From an uncultured virus (IMG/VR IMGVR_UViG_3300020037_001229) (taxonomy: Duplodnaviria; Heunggongvirae; Uroviricota; Caudoviricetes): a stretch of 64,000 nt of DNA. The stretch lies in the IMG/VR virus record IMGVR_UViG_3300020037_001229; one strand, 5' to 3'. Below the pieces are notes generated by a model. The model had not been told where the DNA came from, made no database searches, and was given only the letters and a program-made list of their open reading frames with translations. This document shows positions 10,417 to 20,268 of the stretch, in pieces (the stretch's first letter is position 1; every line of letters begins with the position of its first letter). The position numbers and the translations under genes are program-made.

Positions 10417-10941
10417 TCAATCTCTTTCTCGGCCATAGAATTTAGTCTCCTGTTTCTTATCTTCGAATAGATACCAAGCACAGTTATCTTTGCCTGTCAT
10501 TTTACTATCAGGAATCCATTTTACTCTACCAACACTAACAATCTTGGAACAGTACTCTAAGTATTGAGAAGCTTGTTTAGTGTGCATCCAATCAGCATCA
10601 AACAACAACCAAGTTGGTCTTAAAGACCTGAAATGATCAATCATTGGATGAAGGATTTTCCTATCCCAAGGAGGATTGGTAATGAAAAAATCGAAACCCT
10701 CTCCATTCCCAATCTCAAAAGCGTCTAACTTGAATACTAAGTCCGCCTGTGGTTCGATGTCAGATGCCCACACGCAGGTGTGTCCGTGTTTCTCCAGATG
10801 TTTGAACAGGGCACCATTACCTGCGCATGGTTCTAAAAACTTTGAGTTTTCTGGTAGAAACATTAGTAAAGGCAAGACTGCCTCATAAGGTGTAGGATAG
10901 AAATCCCTTTCCTTTCTCTCGAAGTTACTTCTCTTTCCCAT
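10417..10941 (-). CDS. DNA amino-methyltransferase (N6-adenine type)
   Basis: DFYPTP, LEPCAGNG SAM motif, ITNPPW catalytic motif. Confidence 0.8.
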   Translation of the reverse strand: MGKRSNFERKERDFYPTPYEAVLPLLMFLPENSKFLEPCAGNGALFKHLEKHGHTCVWASDIEPQADLVFKLDAFEIGNGEGFDFFITNPPWDRKILHPMIDHFRSLRPTWLLFDADWMHTKQASQYLEYCSKIVSVGRVKWIPDSKMTGKDNCAWYLFEDKKQETKFYGRERD

Positions 10942-10944
10942 TAC

Positions 10945-11552
10945 TTATCCCCACTGACTTGCCATTGCATTGGCGATTCCTTGATAAGTCTTTGAGCGCT
11001 CTTTCCACCTGTCTTTAGAGGGACCTAGATTGTTTTGACCTGAAGGAGTTTGATTCGCGTAACGATCTTTAGTAATGACTTCAGTTGGCTCAAGATTAGG
11101 TAATCCTTTAGCCAGAGACAGGTTCTCTTAGAAGCATCATGGCCAAACTGCCAAGGTTGAATGGTCTGAGTATGTTTTGGAAGTTTACTATATTTGTGTG
11201 GTATAGGGTTTTCTACACAGATTTTTCTTATAGGAGCATTATATAGAGAATTGAAAAATTCAGTGGCTTTCTCTAAGTCGTTCCATCTCTTAAAGACTTT
11301 TGTCTCGTCTTCATCTGAGTGATCCTTTGGTAAGAACAACCATCTAACACCAGAATTACAAAGATATGTACAAGGAGGATGAGCAATCATTAAGTCCCAC
11401 CCTTCATCCAAGTAATCACTAACATCACTTTCAATATGAAAGTCACTGTTGTCGTCAGAGGGGAGTAGGTCACAACTCCACGCGTTATGACCCTTAGCCC
11501 TGAACGCTTCCCTGACAACACCTGAGAACTCACAAGCTATCAAAACGTTCAT
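10945..11552 (-). pseudogene. Phage C5-cytosine methyltransferase-like gene with -1 frameshift near 11107
   Basis: VLIACEFSG, IAHPPCTYL and ENP motifs; conserved-looking C-terminus (...RSKTYQGIANAMASQWG*) continues in the -1 frame to 10945. Confidence 0.7.
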
Positions 11553-11820
11553 TATCTAAAAATGCCTTTCTTTGAGGTCTATCTGTAGAATAACAAAAAA
11601 GATCGGGATTAGTAACCATTGGAATATAGATTACTTCCAAATTGTCATCATTAGGTCTTTTATATACTTCGTGTAAAACTCCGAATATCTTAACTTGTTT
11701 GATTAACTCAAAGTCTAACCCCATCGCTTGAGCACGAATTGTCTCTGGGGTTACACAATTGAAGACTGCGTTTGTTGTGTTTAATGTGACAACTAGCACT
11801 TTTAACAACGGTAAAAACAT
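11530..11820 (-). CDS. Hypothetical protein
   Basis: 96 aa ORF tightly packed between genes. Confidence 0.5.
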   Translation of the reverse strand: MFLPLLKVLVVTLNTTNAVFNCVTPETIRAQAMGLDFELIKQVKIFGVLHEVYKRPNDDNLEVIYIPMVTNPDLFCYSTDRPQRKAFLDNERFDSL

Positions 11821-14285
11821 TAACTACCGCAATAACCTCCTCCTGTTATGTCGCAGACATCGTTCCATTCTGCGTACTCTTCAAACTCCTCTCCAAGTTT
11901 TTCTACAGCTTCACTATATGTGACGGAAGTAAGGGGTTGTCCTCCACGCGCTCCATCCGGATAGCATGTAAACCCTCTGAGCCTCGGTGCATACCTAATA
12001 AGGACATCGGCAAATTCGTTAGTGTTAAATTTTTGTTCGTTCTTAGCAGGCAAGTTAATTGTACTAGAGATTGCCATGTCAACGTAATCTTGTACGTCTG
12101 CTTGGAATTTAATTCTTCTTTCGTAATCTGTTGCGAGATCAACGGCACTCTCCACTTTCTCTGGGGTTACACCCAGCCTTTCAATTAAGTCTTTGGCAAC
12201 ACTATCAACTGCGTATTGGTAGTGCCATTTAGTACCCTTTAGATATCTACGTTTATAAGCTACAGCGTATACAGGCTCAATACCTGTGGTAGTTCCTGCG
12301 ACCATTCCGATAGTTCCGGTGGGGGCAATCGACCTATTTGCGATAGGCCTGCTAATCCCTAGCGTATCCGCGTATTTTCTAGAAGTGTCATCACTAACAC
12401 CTTTGTAAACAGACAACCACTGGTGGAGTTCAGGAACAACTTCATACCGATACCCTCTCTTTAGCAACCATTCATGAAGTCCCATTAAACCAAGACCAAG
12501 ACGACGATTCTTTTCGCGAGTAAGACGAATTTTATCGTATGGAAGGTCAGCTTCTAAGGTACCACAAAGAAGAAAAGCAGTTGCTAATTCAACGAGAGTA
12601 CTAAACTCTTGAATAGATTCAATCCTACTTAGATTCAACGAACCCAGATTACAGACGTCTGAGTCGTCTTCGGAAGTAACTTCTGTACCATTTTGTTTTT
12701 GCCTTATTCATTTCTGAAAGGCCTCCGTATCTCTACGGAGTTCAGACTATATCACCACCCTCAAAAAGAGGGGCCAATCTTTCCAACTTATACATAAAAC
12801 TTGGTTGCATAAAAGGTTTTACTGTCTCGACGAACAGTTTTAAATCCTTTGTTTTAACTCGTAAATAGTAATATTTATTGTGACGATTAACATTTGTTCG
12901 TATGCCGGTACTCTTGTAAATTGCTTTACTCAAAGCCATATTGTCTTGGTAGCTAAAACCTTTAGTATGCAAACTTATTTCGCCGTGAGGATTTTTAAAA
13001 CGCGTGTCTAAATACGCCCCGCCATCCGCCATAAAAATAATAGCTAGTGCCTCTGCATCCATGAGTTTTAACATGTGTGGATCAATAACTTTAGTCCTGT
13101 CAATGTACAAACGCCGATGTAATTTAGTAAAAAATGGATGAACTTTTGTTGTTAATCTTAATAAAGGTTGTCTCTTAAATCCATCTTTATTGTAATCCGG
13201 TGGTTCAATAATACTTGTTGTCGTGACGTTTTCTAAAGTTTTTTGTACCCACTCAACATAATCAGAATTTTCTTTTCGCATATTTAGAATAAAGTTTGCG
13301 TTCTGATTCTTACCTTGTTTGTATAGACCACCGTCGAAAGTGGCCATAAAAGAGATCAATTTTACGAGTTGTTTTTTATCTGTATAAGTCATAGTCGTTA
13401 AACTCCCAAATACTTGGTTAGCACGGTATTGTCCTAAAAGGAGTTTCACCGTTTTCATATTGGTTGAATTCAATACTAATTACTTAGTAAGGGCGCACAC
13501 ATTTACGCGTTTCTTAGAGTCTCTCTTTCTTTATCGAAAAAGTTGAATGAGAAGCCAGGGTCACCCGTTGTTAAAGCTTGCTCAACATTAGTCAAAAATA
13601 CTTTGTCTGGCTTGTTGGTTTTATAGTAGTTTAATAACCACTCAGTATCATAGTTAACAGAAATGTTAGTCATATCTAACGGGGCTGGAAAGTCCCAATC
13701 AAGATTCTTAATATCCTGTATCGTCTTGCCAGTCCCAGCGACACCGTAGTTATGCCAGTTCTTCACTGTTAAAAACTGATCAATATCTCCGTGTTTCCAA
13801 TTTAGAGAGGCGTACAAAGCTGATCTTCTACTTCCTCCTTGCATAACACGTCTACCAATTTCATTGATCATTAACATTTTAGGAATTGGCCCGGAGGCTT
13901 TACCACCAGTCCTAGCAATTGTGGCTCCGGATGGACGATACACAGAATAGTCGGTCCCGATGCCACCGCCAGTCAAAAGACACGATTCGGCCTTCCACGA
14001 GAGGTTCGCCCAATCTTCTCTAGTATCCTCTTCCGCACGAAGAAGATAACAGTTATTAAAGAATTTAACTTTTCTGCCAGCGTAGTAAAGATACCTACCA
14101 CCAGGTAGAAATTTCATCTCTGCAATAGCGTTCGCAATTGCACTAACAGTATCGTTGGGTAAGTATTTACCACAAACTTGTTTAGCGAGTGTCCACGCTA
14201 AGTCTTCCCATGTTTCACATCCATCATGTCTGTATTTGTTTAAAAATGTATCGTGACTTAATTTGTTTCTAAATACTTTTTCCAT
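11820..14285 (-). CDS. nrdJ: Class II (B12-dependent) ribonucleotide reductase, spliced (exons 13505-14285 and 11820-12688)
   Basis: PGGR, NCY, NAC(T|GT)TE restored on splicing, CNLGS, IAPTGT, C-terminal Cys pair; no beta subunit recognised in window. Confidence 0.85.
12689..13504 (-). mobile_element. Group I intron in RNR with LAGLIDADG homing endonuclease
   Basis: Exon ends in U, intron ends in G; AACGACUA and GAUAUAGUCUG core elements; splicing restores the catalytic Cys codon. Confidence 0.9.
12742..13392 (-). CDS. Intron-encoded LAGLIDADG homing endonuclease
   Basis: LISFMATFDGG and ALAIIFMADGG motifs; GGGAG SD before ATG 13392. Confidence 0.8.
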   Translation of the reverse strand: MTYTDKKQLVKLISFMATFDGGLYKQGKNQNANFILNMRKENSDYVEWVQKTLENVTTTSIIEPPDYNKDGFKRQPLLRLTTKVHPFFTKLHRRLYIDRTKVIDPHMLKLMDAEALAIIFMADGGAYLDTRFKNPHGEISLHTKGFSYQDNMALSKAIYKSTGIRTNVNRHNKYYYLRVKTKDLKLFVETVKPFMQPSFMYKLERLAPLFEGGDIV

Positions 14286-14323
14286 TCATTCTCCAAATCT
14301 ATTACTACCACACACTAAAATCC

Positions 14324-14716
14324 TCACGAGAAGATTTCTCCTTTTCGTCTTGTTCTCCTCCAAGCCTCCAAAAGCTCCATAGTGATCATTTGGATTGAGT
14401 ATGCTTTAAACTCTCTACTTGGTTCATCTTCATTGATAAATTCACAAATAAAATCAAAGACATGAGTAGCTTCGTGTACCATTAAACCAATGATGTTTAA
14501 CAGAGGCTGTTTATCATCACCATTCAACACCACAAGAATTGCTGCTTCACCAGTCTTGTCGTTACAAACGTACTGAGTACACCCACTGCTTACAGGATAT
14601 TCCGGAGGCTCTTCTATCTTGAATTCTTTCATGGCAGCGTCCCAAGCCTTCTTACTAGGACAAAACCCTAAGAAGACAGGTTGCCACCCTCTGTCAATCC
14701 AGTAGACTTTATTCAA
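14324..14716 (-). CDS. Hypothetical protein with HExxH motif
   Basis: VHEATH...E..AY. Confidence 0.5.
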   Translation of the reverse strand: MNKVYWIDRGWQPVFLGFCPSKKAWDAAMKEFKIEEPPEYPVSSGCTQYVCNDKTGEAAILVVLNGDDKQPLLNIIGLMVHEATHVFDFICEFINEDEPSREFKAYSIQMITMELLEAWRRTRRKGEIFS

Positions 14717-15018
14717 GTATTATACCTCTTGTGGAGCTTATCATAATTCATCTGAAATAACTCCTCAGGGTCAAACCCTAAGTCCTTAACCAGATTGCAC
14801 CAATACCACTGGATATCTCCAAGCTCTAACTTCATAGCCTCTTCTCTGTGGCCTAAAGAGAAAGGCTCATCCTTGGTCTTATAGCGAACAGATTTCTTAA
14901 TGATATCAACAGCTTCACCTGTTTCACCTGCAAGACCAAGTGCAGGGTACACAACAGCATAGTCTTCTCGGTATTGTGCAGTCTCTTTTACAGTGTCGTA
15001 AAACTCTTTAAAATTCAT
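14713..15018 (-). CDS. MazG-like NTP pyrophosphohydrolase
   Basis: LGLAGETGEAVDIIKK...ELGDIQWY...NYDKL.KRY. Confidence 0.85.
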   Translation of the reverse strand: MNFKEFYDTVKETAQYREDYAVVYPALGLAGETGEAVDIIKKSVRYKTKDEPFSLGHREEAMKLELGDIQWYWCNLVKDLGFDPEELFQMNYDKLHKRYNT

Positions 15019-15278
15019 ACAACAATCCCTTGTTCTTTTAAAATAGTAACAATGGCTTCGTTAACATAACGCTCTCCAGACTCATCAAGGTCTTTCTTGG
15101 TGCAGTCTATTACAGTTAAATAAGGATAGTCTGAGTCTGAGGCCATATACTCAATGTATAGTCTGTTATTCTCTTCGAACCAACAGTCAAAACTACTAAA
15201 GGTTAATAAAGATTCTCCTTCTTCGTTTGGCTTTTCGAAGTAGGTTGTGACCTTATCCATAAACTCAATTCTATTCAT
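15015..15278 (-). CDS. Hypothetical protein
   Basis: 87 aa ORF in operon. Confidence 0.5.
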   Translation of the reverse strand: MNRIEFMDKVTTYFEKPNEEGESLLTFSSFDCWFEENNRLYIEYMASDSDYPYLTVIDCTKKDLDESGERYVNEAIVTILKEQGIVV

Positions 15279-15335
15279 TTAGTTAATGCGCTCCAACTAT
15301 ACTTTAGGTTTTCGAGTTTGGAGATTTCTGTGTTT

Positions 15336-15977
15336 CTAAAATAGGTCTGGCTCATTTTCTTTTAGTTTCTCTCGAATAGCATTAGCAACTAGGATGTGCT
15401 CTTTTTGAGTTCCATTACCTCCTCTCAAATCAAGATAATGAATCCATGTTCGAACAGGGGCAGCCATGTATAAACGACTCATAGTCAAGCCTTCTGGCAA
15501 AAAGACTCTGGCGCATTCCTTAGCGGCCCCCCTGCTCAACCATTTAGAATAAATAGTCTGTGCGTACTCAATGGCTTTTTCACAGTCTTTTTCAAATTCA
15601 ATTTTATTGTCGACTGAAAAGTCATCAATGGAATTTTGCCTATTGTCTTTATCTTGACGACGAAGTTCTCTAACGGTAAACTTTTGAACCTCAGCGTATC
15701 TTTGAGAAAACTCTTGAAAGCGGGCCGAAGCATGTCTTAGCATTTGTCTTGAAATATCTCTCGGAGCTTCCACTTCAACAATAAAATGACACATCTCAAA
15801 AGGCGACCAATGATTATTCTTTTTCAAGTATTGGATCAAACCCTTTCTAGAAAGGTCTGCTTGGCCACCGGGGTTGGAAACTTTACCCATGTACATAATA
15901 AAATCAGACATGGTTTTTAGTTCAACCCCTTCAACCAACGGCACAGTCTTACCAGTAATAGAGACTTTTAAATCCAC
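15336..15977 (-). CDS. thyX: Flavin-dependent thymidylate synthase
   Basis: HWSPFE, RQMLRH...FQEFSQRY and TQKEH motifs. Confidence 0.92.
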   Translation of the reverse strand: MDLKVSITGKTVPLVEGVELKTMSDFIMYMGKVSNPGGQADLSRKGLIQYLKKNNHWSPFEMCHFIVEVEAPRDISRQMLRHASARFQEFSQRYAEVQKFTVRELRRQDKDNRQNSIDDFSVDNKIEFEKDCEKAIEYAQTIYSKWLSRGAAKECARVFLPEGLTMSRLYMAAPVRTWIHYLDLRGGNGTQKEHILVANAIREKLKENEPDLF

Positions 15978-16336
15978 TTATCTATTTTTCCTTCTAAAAA
16001 TTCAAACATTTGACTTGCTTTTGCTAATCGCCTTTCGCATAAATAAGGCATGATTCTTAGAAGAGTGTCAAAACAGCCTTTCTGGTTTTGGACTGACCAA
16101 GTCCAGCGTGCTTTGTTTTTTCCTTTATACGGCCCACACATAGTTCCGACACCTAAGACTCTATGTAATTTCTGAATGACGTCTTTGTCTGTCATCGAGA
16201 CTACAATCTCGCATCTCCTTGATAAGGTTCGTCCTTTTACGTTTGTAAAAACGATTGAACCTTCACCTTCTATAATACCTGCCGCCCAGGCATCCATAAT
16301 AGGCGGATTTAGAGTTTCAATGAGTTTAATTTCCAT
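15968..16336 (-). CDS. Free-standing single-motif LAGLIDADG endonuclease
   Basis: AWAAGIIEGEGSI motif, MTDKDVI, IMPYL. Confidence 0.75.
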   Translation of the reverse strand: MEIKLIETLNPPIMDAWAAGIIEGEGSIVFTNVKGRTLSRRCEIVVSMTDKDVIQKLHRVLGVGTMCGPYKGKNKARWTWSVQNQKGCFDTLLRIMPYLCERRLAKASQMFEFLEGKIDKWI

Positions 16337-16740
16337 TAGTTAACTACGTGTCCTGTAGCGAGTAAGATGGCTTCATTGGTTACTGCCTCAGCCCAAACGA
16401 CACAGCCATCACCATTGTAATAGACAACCCAAGAGACACCATCTTGGAAGACACCTTCGATGATGTTACCATCAGCATCAAAAACCGGCATCATGAAGAT
16501 ATCCACGGCAGATACCATATTCTGACCAGTAGCACCAGCATAAACATTTAGTGCAAGAACTTCCTCTGGCGTTAGAGAGTCAATATAAGGGGCGACTGGA
16601 TTAATCTCTTCGTACACAATCTCAGAGGTATAGCAATCAATCTCTTGGGCTTTTACAGGACCAGCAAGAACTAAAAGTCCGACGACCACCGCAACGATGC
16701 CCATGGCATAAAGAAAAGGCTTAGAAGTCCAAATATCCAT
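16336..16740 (-). CDS. Exported/membrane-anchored hypothetical protein
   Basis: Signal-peptide-like hydrophobic N-terminus ending VKA. Confidence 0.5.
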   Translation of the reverse strand: MDIWTSKPFLYAMGIVAVVVGLLVLAGPVKAQEIDCYTSEIVYEEINPVAPYIDSLTPEEVLALNVYAGATGQNMVSAVDIFMMPVFDADGNIIEGVFQDGVSWVVYYNGDGCVVWAEAVTNEAILLATGHVVN

Positions 16741-16741
16741 A

Positions 16742-16969
16742 TTAATGTTCCTTGTGTTTAAAAAGAGAGCACTTAGCAAAAAACTTACCATCTTGAGCCT
16801 GAAAGTTTATTTCATTTACGTTAATGAAAAACCTATCGTCAAACTCTTCTCGGTAAAAACCATAAATAGTTAGCATCTCGCTAAGTTGTTCTACATCAAA
16901 TTCTAGAAAGAGAGGTTGCACAAAATCAGGCATCATACAACACTGGAAATACACGTTGTAAATCGACAT
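16742..16969 (-). CDS. Hypothetical protein
   Basis: Small ORF in operon; start uncertain. Confidence 0.4.
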   Translation of the reverse strand: MSIYNVYFQCCMMPDFVQPLFLEFDVEQLSEMLTIYGFYREEFDDRFFINVNEINFQAQDGKFFAKCSLFKHKEH

Positions 16970-17120
16970 CGTCGATCAAACCGCTGTAGTACAGGTTGAT
17001 AAATACCTCGACTGGAGTTAAATCAAATTCTTCTAAAAATTCCTCAAATGTATATTGTTCTAGGTGATCGCTAATCAGTTCCTCTAATCGTCGATCTGTC
17101 TCCTTATCAAATTGTTTCAT
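16926..17120 (-). CDS. Small acidic hypothetical protein
   Basis: 64 aa, overlapping start/stop. Confidence 0.5.
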   Translation of the reverse strand: MKQFDKETDRRLEELISDHLEQYTFEEFLEEFDLTPVEVFINLYYSGLIDDVDLQRVFPVLYDA

Positions 17121-17302
17121 TCTTCATCTGTTTCCTCTATGTTATTCACAGAGAGATTAACCCTTTTGTATTCTTGTCTCTTTGGGTTAATCACTCTTAA
17201 TGAGAAGGCTCCCCTTTTCTCTCCGGGGTCCCGTAGAACCTTCGCTATTACATTTCTTTTTCGCCTACGGGAATGCTTTTCTTTGTCTTCCAAATTACCC
17301 AT
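17117..17302 (-). CDS. Small basic hypothetical protein
   Basis: 61 aa, overlapping start/stop. Confidence 0.5.
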   Translation of the reverse strand: MGNLEDKEKHSRRRKRNVIAKVLRDPGEKRGAFSLRVINPKRQEYKRVNLSVNNIEETDEE

Positions 17303-17808
17303 TACCTATTCTTCAAGATATCTTCAATATGAATTGGAGTATAATTTATGTGCTCAACACATACACACTTATAGGGTCCCTGTGGAGACTTTTTCTCATG
17401 GATATGTCCGTGTACGTTCCACTCTACCTTTCTAAAAGAGTCTTGGTGTAGAGGAACGTGCGTTAGTACCATGTTGTGCTCTTTAAAGATTCTCCAGAGT
17501 TCAATCTTTTCGAAGTGCTTTTGGAAAACACTGTCTTTACCCTTATCGTGATTTCCAAGAATCAGGCGTTTATGGCCCATGAGTCTTGAAAGGATACTGT
17601 CCGCGATAGCTTGACCTCCAAAATAAACATCACCAAGATGATAAACTTTATCTTGGGGTTTGATAATTTTATTCCAGTTATCAATCATTCTCTCGTCCAT
17701 TTCCTTTACAGAATCAAACTTTCTGAAAGGGAATCCGTCTTCTCCTAAAAACTTTAGGATGTTGGAGTGGTTAAAATGGGTGTCAGAAATAACAAAAATC
17801 TCAGCCAT
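17302..17808 (-). CDS. Calcineurin-like metallophosphoesterase
   Basis: SDTHFNH, HLGD, GNHD and HGHIH motifs. Confidence 0.85.
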   Translation of the reverse strand: MAEIFVISDTHFNHSNILKFLGEDGFPFRKFDSVKEMDERMIDNWNKIIKPQDKVYHLGDVYFGGQAIADSILSRLMGHKRLILGNHDKGKDSVFQKHFEKIELWRIFKEHNMVLTHVPLHQDSFRKVEWNVHGHIHEKKSPQGPYKCVCVEHINYTPIHIEDILKNR

Positions 17809-18568
17809 ATTCTTTCTTTAAGTGGTTCATAGAAATAAACTGTAGGTCGTAATCGCCTTTATCGACGTTTCTCTTAATGAATACCCCTCTGGTCCACAGT
17901 TTGTTTACTTCCCCAGCCCATGGTGCATCGTAGTCCTGATAAACACCAGCCACAAGACCATTAAGGCGTTTACCAGAGGCATCAGTCCTAACACAGTGAT
18001 CGTAGACATGAATGTGACCACAGGTGGCAGACTGAAACTGTTTGGTTAACAGGGAGTAAGCCGGATGTTCGCCACCGACTGGCCTTCCTAACACACCAGA
18101 GACAAAGAAGTGAGCATAGGTAATTCCATCTACTTCAAGGATACCAGGAGTTTGCCCTTCGTATTGAACAACAACATCGTAGTTCTTGTCCAACTCGAAG
18201 TCTTTAAAGCCCATAGTACCTTCAAGTTCTGGCGTAAGTTCTAGGGCTCTCTTCATTCTCTCTTCGTGATTACCTTCAAAGAAGACACGGTAAGGCCTCT
18301 TCTTCTTGGCTCTACGTGTGGGAGCCCACAAACGTTCATCGAAGTCTAAGCCAGCATCCAAGTCCTTCCTGAAAGACCTACCCTGAAAGCTTTTCTTTCC
18401 TTTGTCATACCCAGAGAATGAAGACAGGTCCCACATATCCCCTAGGTTAATAACAACGTCAGGTTTTAGGTCGACAATGAGTTTACCTAACCAGTCTGCT
18501 CTATCGTTAGGGAAGTCAGGATGCGCATGGGGATCAGGAATCACAAGATGGGTTTTTGACAAATTCAA
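17801..18568 (-). CDS. Metallophosphoesterase
   Basis: IPDPH, NLGD, EGNHE and GHIH motifs; TTG start. Confidence 0.8.
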   Translation of the reverse strand: MNLSKTHLVIPDPHAHPDFPNDRADWLGKLIVDLKPDVVINLGDMWDLSSFSGYDKGKKSFQGRSFRKDLDAGLDFDERLWAPTRRAKKKRPYRVFFEGNHEERMKRALELTPELEGTMGFKDFELDKNYDVVVQYEGQTPGILEVDGITYAHFFVSGVLGRPVGGEHPAYSLLTKQFQSATCGHIHVYDHCVRTDASGKRLNGLVAGVYQDYDAPWAGEVNKLWTRGVFIKRNVDKGDYDLQFISMNHLKKEYG

Positions 18569-18591
18569 ACCTCTTCTTTTTTATCGTTCTG

Positions 18592-19023
18592 TTATTCATT
18601 AAACCAATCCTCTGGAATATCTTTAATTGCAAAGATAAAGTTGTTCTTCTTAGCCCAATCGCTTTGTTTTAGAAAAGAACTATCTTTTCTCTTAGGGCCT
18701 ATTTTACCATCAGAATAAAAAACTATTCTAAGGTCCATGTCAGGGTACTGTTTCTTCACAGCAATCATTTTCTGTCTTACGTTATTGTCGAATTGCCTTC
18801 CGTTACCTTTAGCCTCAATGTAAATGAGCCTACCATCTTTAAGTTTAATTACATAATCAGGTGTGTACGTATGTTGAATGGTATAAGAAAACTTCTCAGA
18901 CTCATACTCTACGGAGGCACCCTTAGGTAATAGATCATTTAGTCGTTGCCAGATCGTATACTCGAAGGGACTTTTTACTGTACGCTTACCAATCTTCTGT
19001 GGTTTATTCTTTTTCTTGGTCAG
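18592..19023 (-). CDS. T7 endonuclease I-like Holliday junction resolvase (CTG start; not in ORF track)
   Basis: KSPFE...YESEK..Y....TYTPDY...YIEAKG...DLRIVF...WAKK..F; GGAGGT 5 nt before CTG. Confidence 0.85.
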   Translation of the reverse strand: MTKKKNKPQKIGKRTVKSPFEYTIWQRLNDLLPKGASVEYESEKFSYTIQHTYTPDYVIKLKDGRLIYIEAKGNGRQFDNNVRQKMIAVKKQYPDMDLRIVFYSDGKIGPKRKDSSFLKQSDWAKKNNFIFAIKDIPEDWFNE

Positions 19024-19882
19024 GAATTACCTCCGACTTCTTGAGTTCAGGCACTAAAGGCTCTCTTACTACTCTGGTTAAATACACTGGTCTGTTAGAG
19101 TACAAAAACGTTCTCAAACCCGGCCAACACAAATCCTTGAATGCACAATAACTACAGTTTAAGCCGAGTTTCTCATTCCCCGATTTCCCTTCGGGTACAG
19201 CTTCAAAGGGACGCGGGGGTGGTTCCGCAGTCGCCACAATTTTCTTCTTGTACCTATACAGGTCTTCAAAGGGGATATCTTTCTTCTTGTGTACATCAAG
19301 AGTGATGTGTCCGAGTGTTTTGTCAACGACAAGAAACGCTGCTCTTTGTTTATCTCTAACAATTTCATCTTCTTTCGATGCGTCGAGATAAGATTGTATT
19401 TGGATGGAATACCCAAAAGGATCGTCTTGTTCAAGAGTTCCTGTAGAGAACTTTTTAAACGATGCCGTCGAGGCTGACTTAACATCGACCACCATGCCAT
19501 CGATGACCGCATCACGGTGACCTTTGATACCTTCAATGACTTGTTCGTCTTGTCTACCAGCAACTTCATGCCCTGCGACCTCTGCCAGGAAGAGAATTAA
19601 TTCTTCTAGTAAGTCACCATATAGAAACTTAAGGTATGTTTCGGCCCTAAGTTTTTCTGCCGTATCAGGAAGATTTAACTCATACCATAACTTTCTCTCA
19701 CATGGTTGACCAATATTACTCATTCGAAGAGTAGGTTTTCTTTCCTCTCTCTTCAAGCGTCTAGTAAGAACCTTTGCTAAATTCTGTCCAAAATGTGTAA
19801 CGGCATCTTCGGGTAGATGGTCAGGGACACCCTTTACCAATACCTCTTCGATATCTGTTATTAGTGTATCAATTGATTTCAT
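19004..19882 (-). CDS. PD-(D/E)xK exonuclease (Cas4-like)
   Basis: LRMSNIGQPCERKLWY, GHRD...DVKSAS, CSYCAFKDLCW. Confidence 0.75.
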   Translation of the reverse strand: MKSIDTLITDIEEVLVKGVPDHLPEDAVTHFGQNLAKVLTRRLKREERKPTLRMSNIGQPCERKLWYELNLPDTAEKLRAETYLKFLYGDLLEELILFLAEVAGHEVAGRQDEQVIEGIKGHRDAVIDGMVVDVKSASTASFKKFSTGTLEQDDPFGYSIQIQSYLDASKEDEIVRDKQRAAFLVVDKTLGHITLDVHKKKDIPFEDLYRYKKKIVATAEPPPRPFEAVPEGKSGNEKLGLNCSYCAFKDLCWPGLRTFLYSNRPVYLTRVVREPLVPELKKSEVIPDQEKE

Positions 19883-20175
19883 TCAGCTCTTTCTTCAATG
19901 ATATTCAATACTTTCTGGAGACACACCAGAGCGCCATCTCTCCTGTTGTGTTCAGGAAGTTCATGGGCAGATTGCAACTCCCACTCAGGAGCTTCTAGGA
20001 TACGCTGTTGAGCCTCATTGTTATGTTTGAATACTTCAACCTTATACTTACAGATGACGTTACCAAAACCCATATTACGAACTTCACCCATATTGTGAAT
20101 ATCAACACGGTAAATCGGATAGCGAAGTTCTTCTTCCCCAAAGGGAACAATTTCTAGAGTAACTCTAAGTGTCAT
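19879..20175 (-). CDS. Hypothetical protein
   Basis: 98 aa ORF with SD. Confidence 0.55.
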   Translation of the reverse strand: MTLRVTLEIVPFGEEELRYPIYRVDIHNMGEVRNMGFGNVICKYKVEVFKHNNEAQQRILEAPEWELQSAHELPEHNRRDGALVCLQKVLNIIEERAE

Positions 20176-20193
20176 TTAAGTATCTTTCCTTTA

Positions 20194-20268
20194 TGGTTTG
20201 GGGACTTGGATTCGAACCAAGATCGCATGGAGTCAAAGGCCAGCATTCTACCATTAAACTATCCCCAA
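20194..20268 (-). tRNA. tRNA-Gln(UUG)
   Basis: Cloverleaf, GTTCGAATC T-loop, encoded CCA; anticodon loop CTTTGAC; irregular anticodon stem. Confidence 0.8.

Noticed and set aside
13503..13505. Stop-codon reassignment or pseudogenisation explaining the split RNR and polymerase
   Set aside because: Both breaks are fully explained by group I introns with canonical U/G boundaries
9582..15977. Hypermodified-base pathway (e.g. dZ or 7-deazaguanine) suggested by DUF5664-like, MazG and deoxyribosyltransferase genes
   Set aside because: No PurZ, DpdA, QueC/D/E or FolE-like genes recognised in the window
19004..19882. Cas4-like nuclease as evidence of a CRISPR system
   Set aside because: Stand-alone phage replication exonuclease context; no array seen
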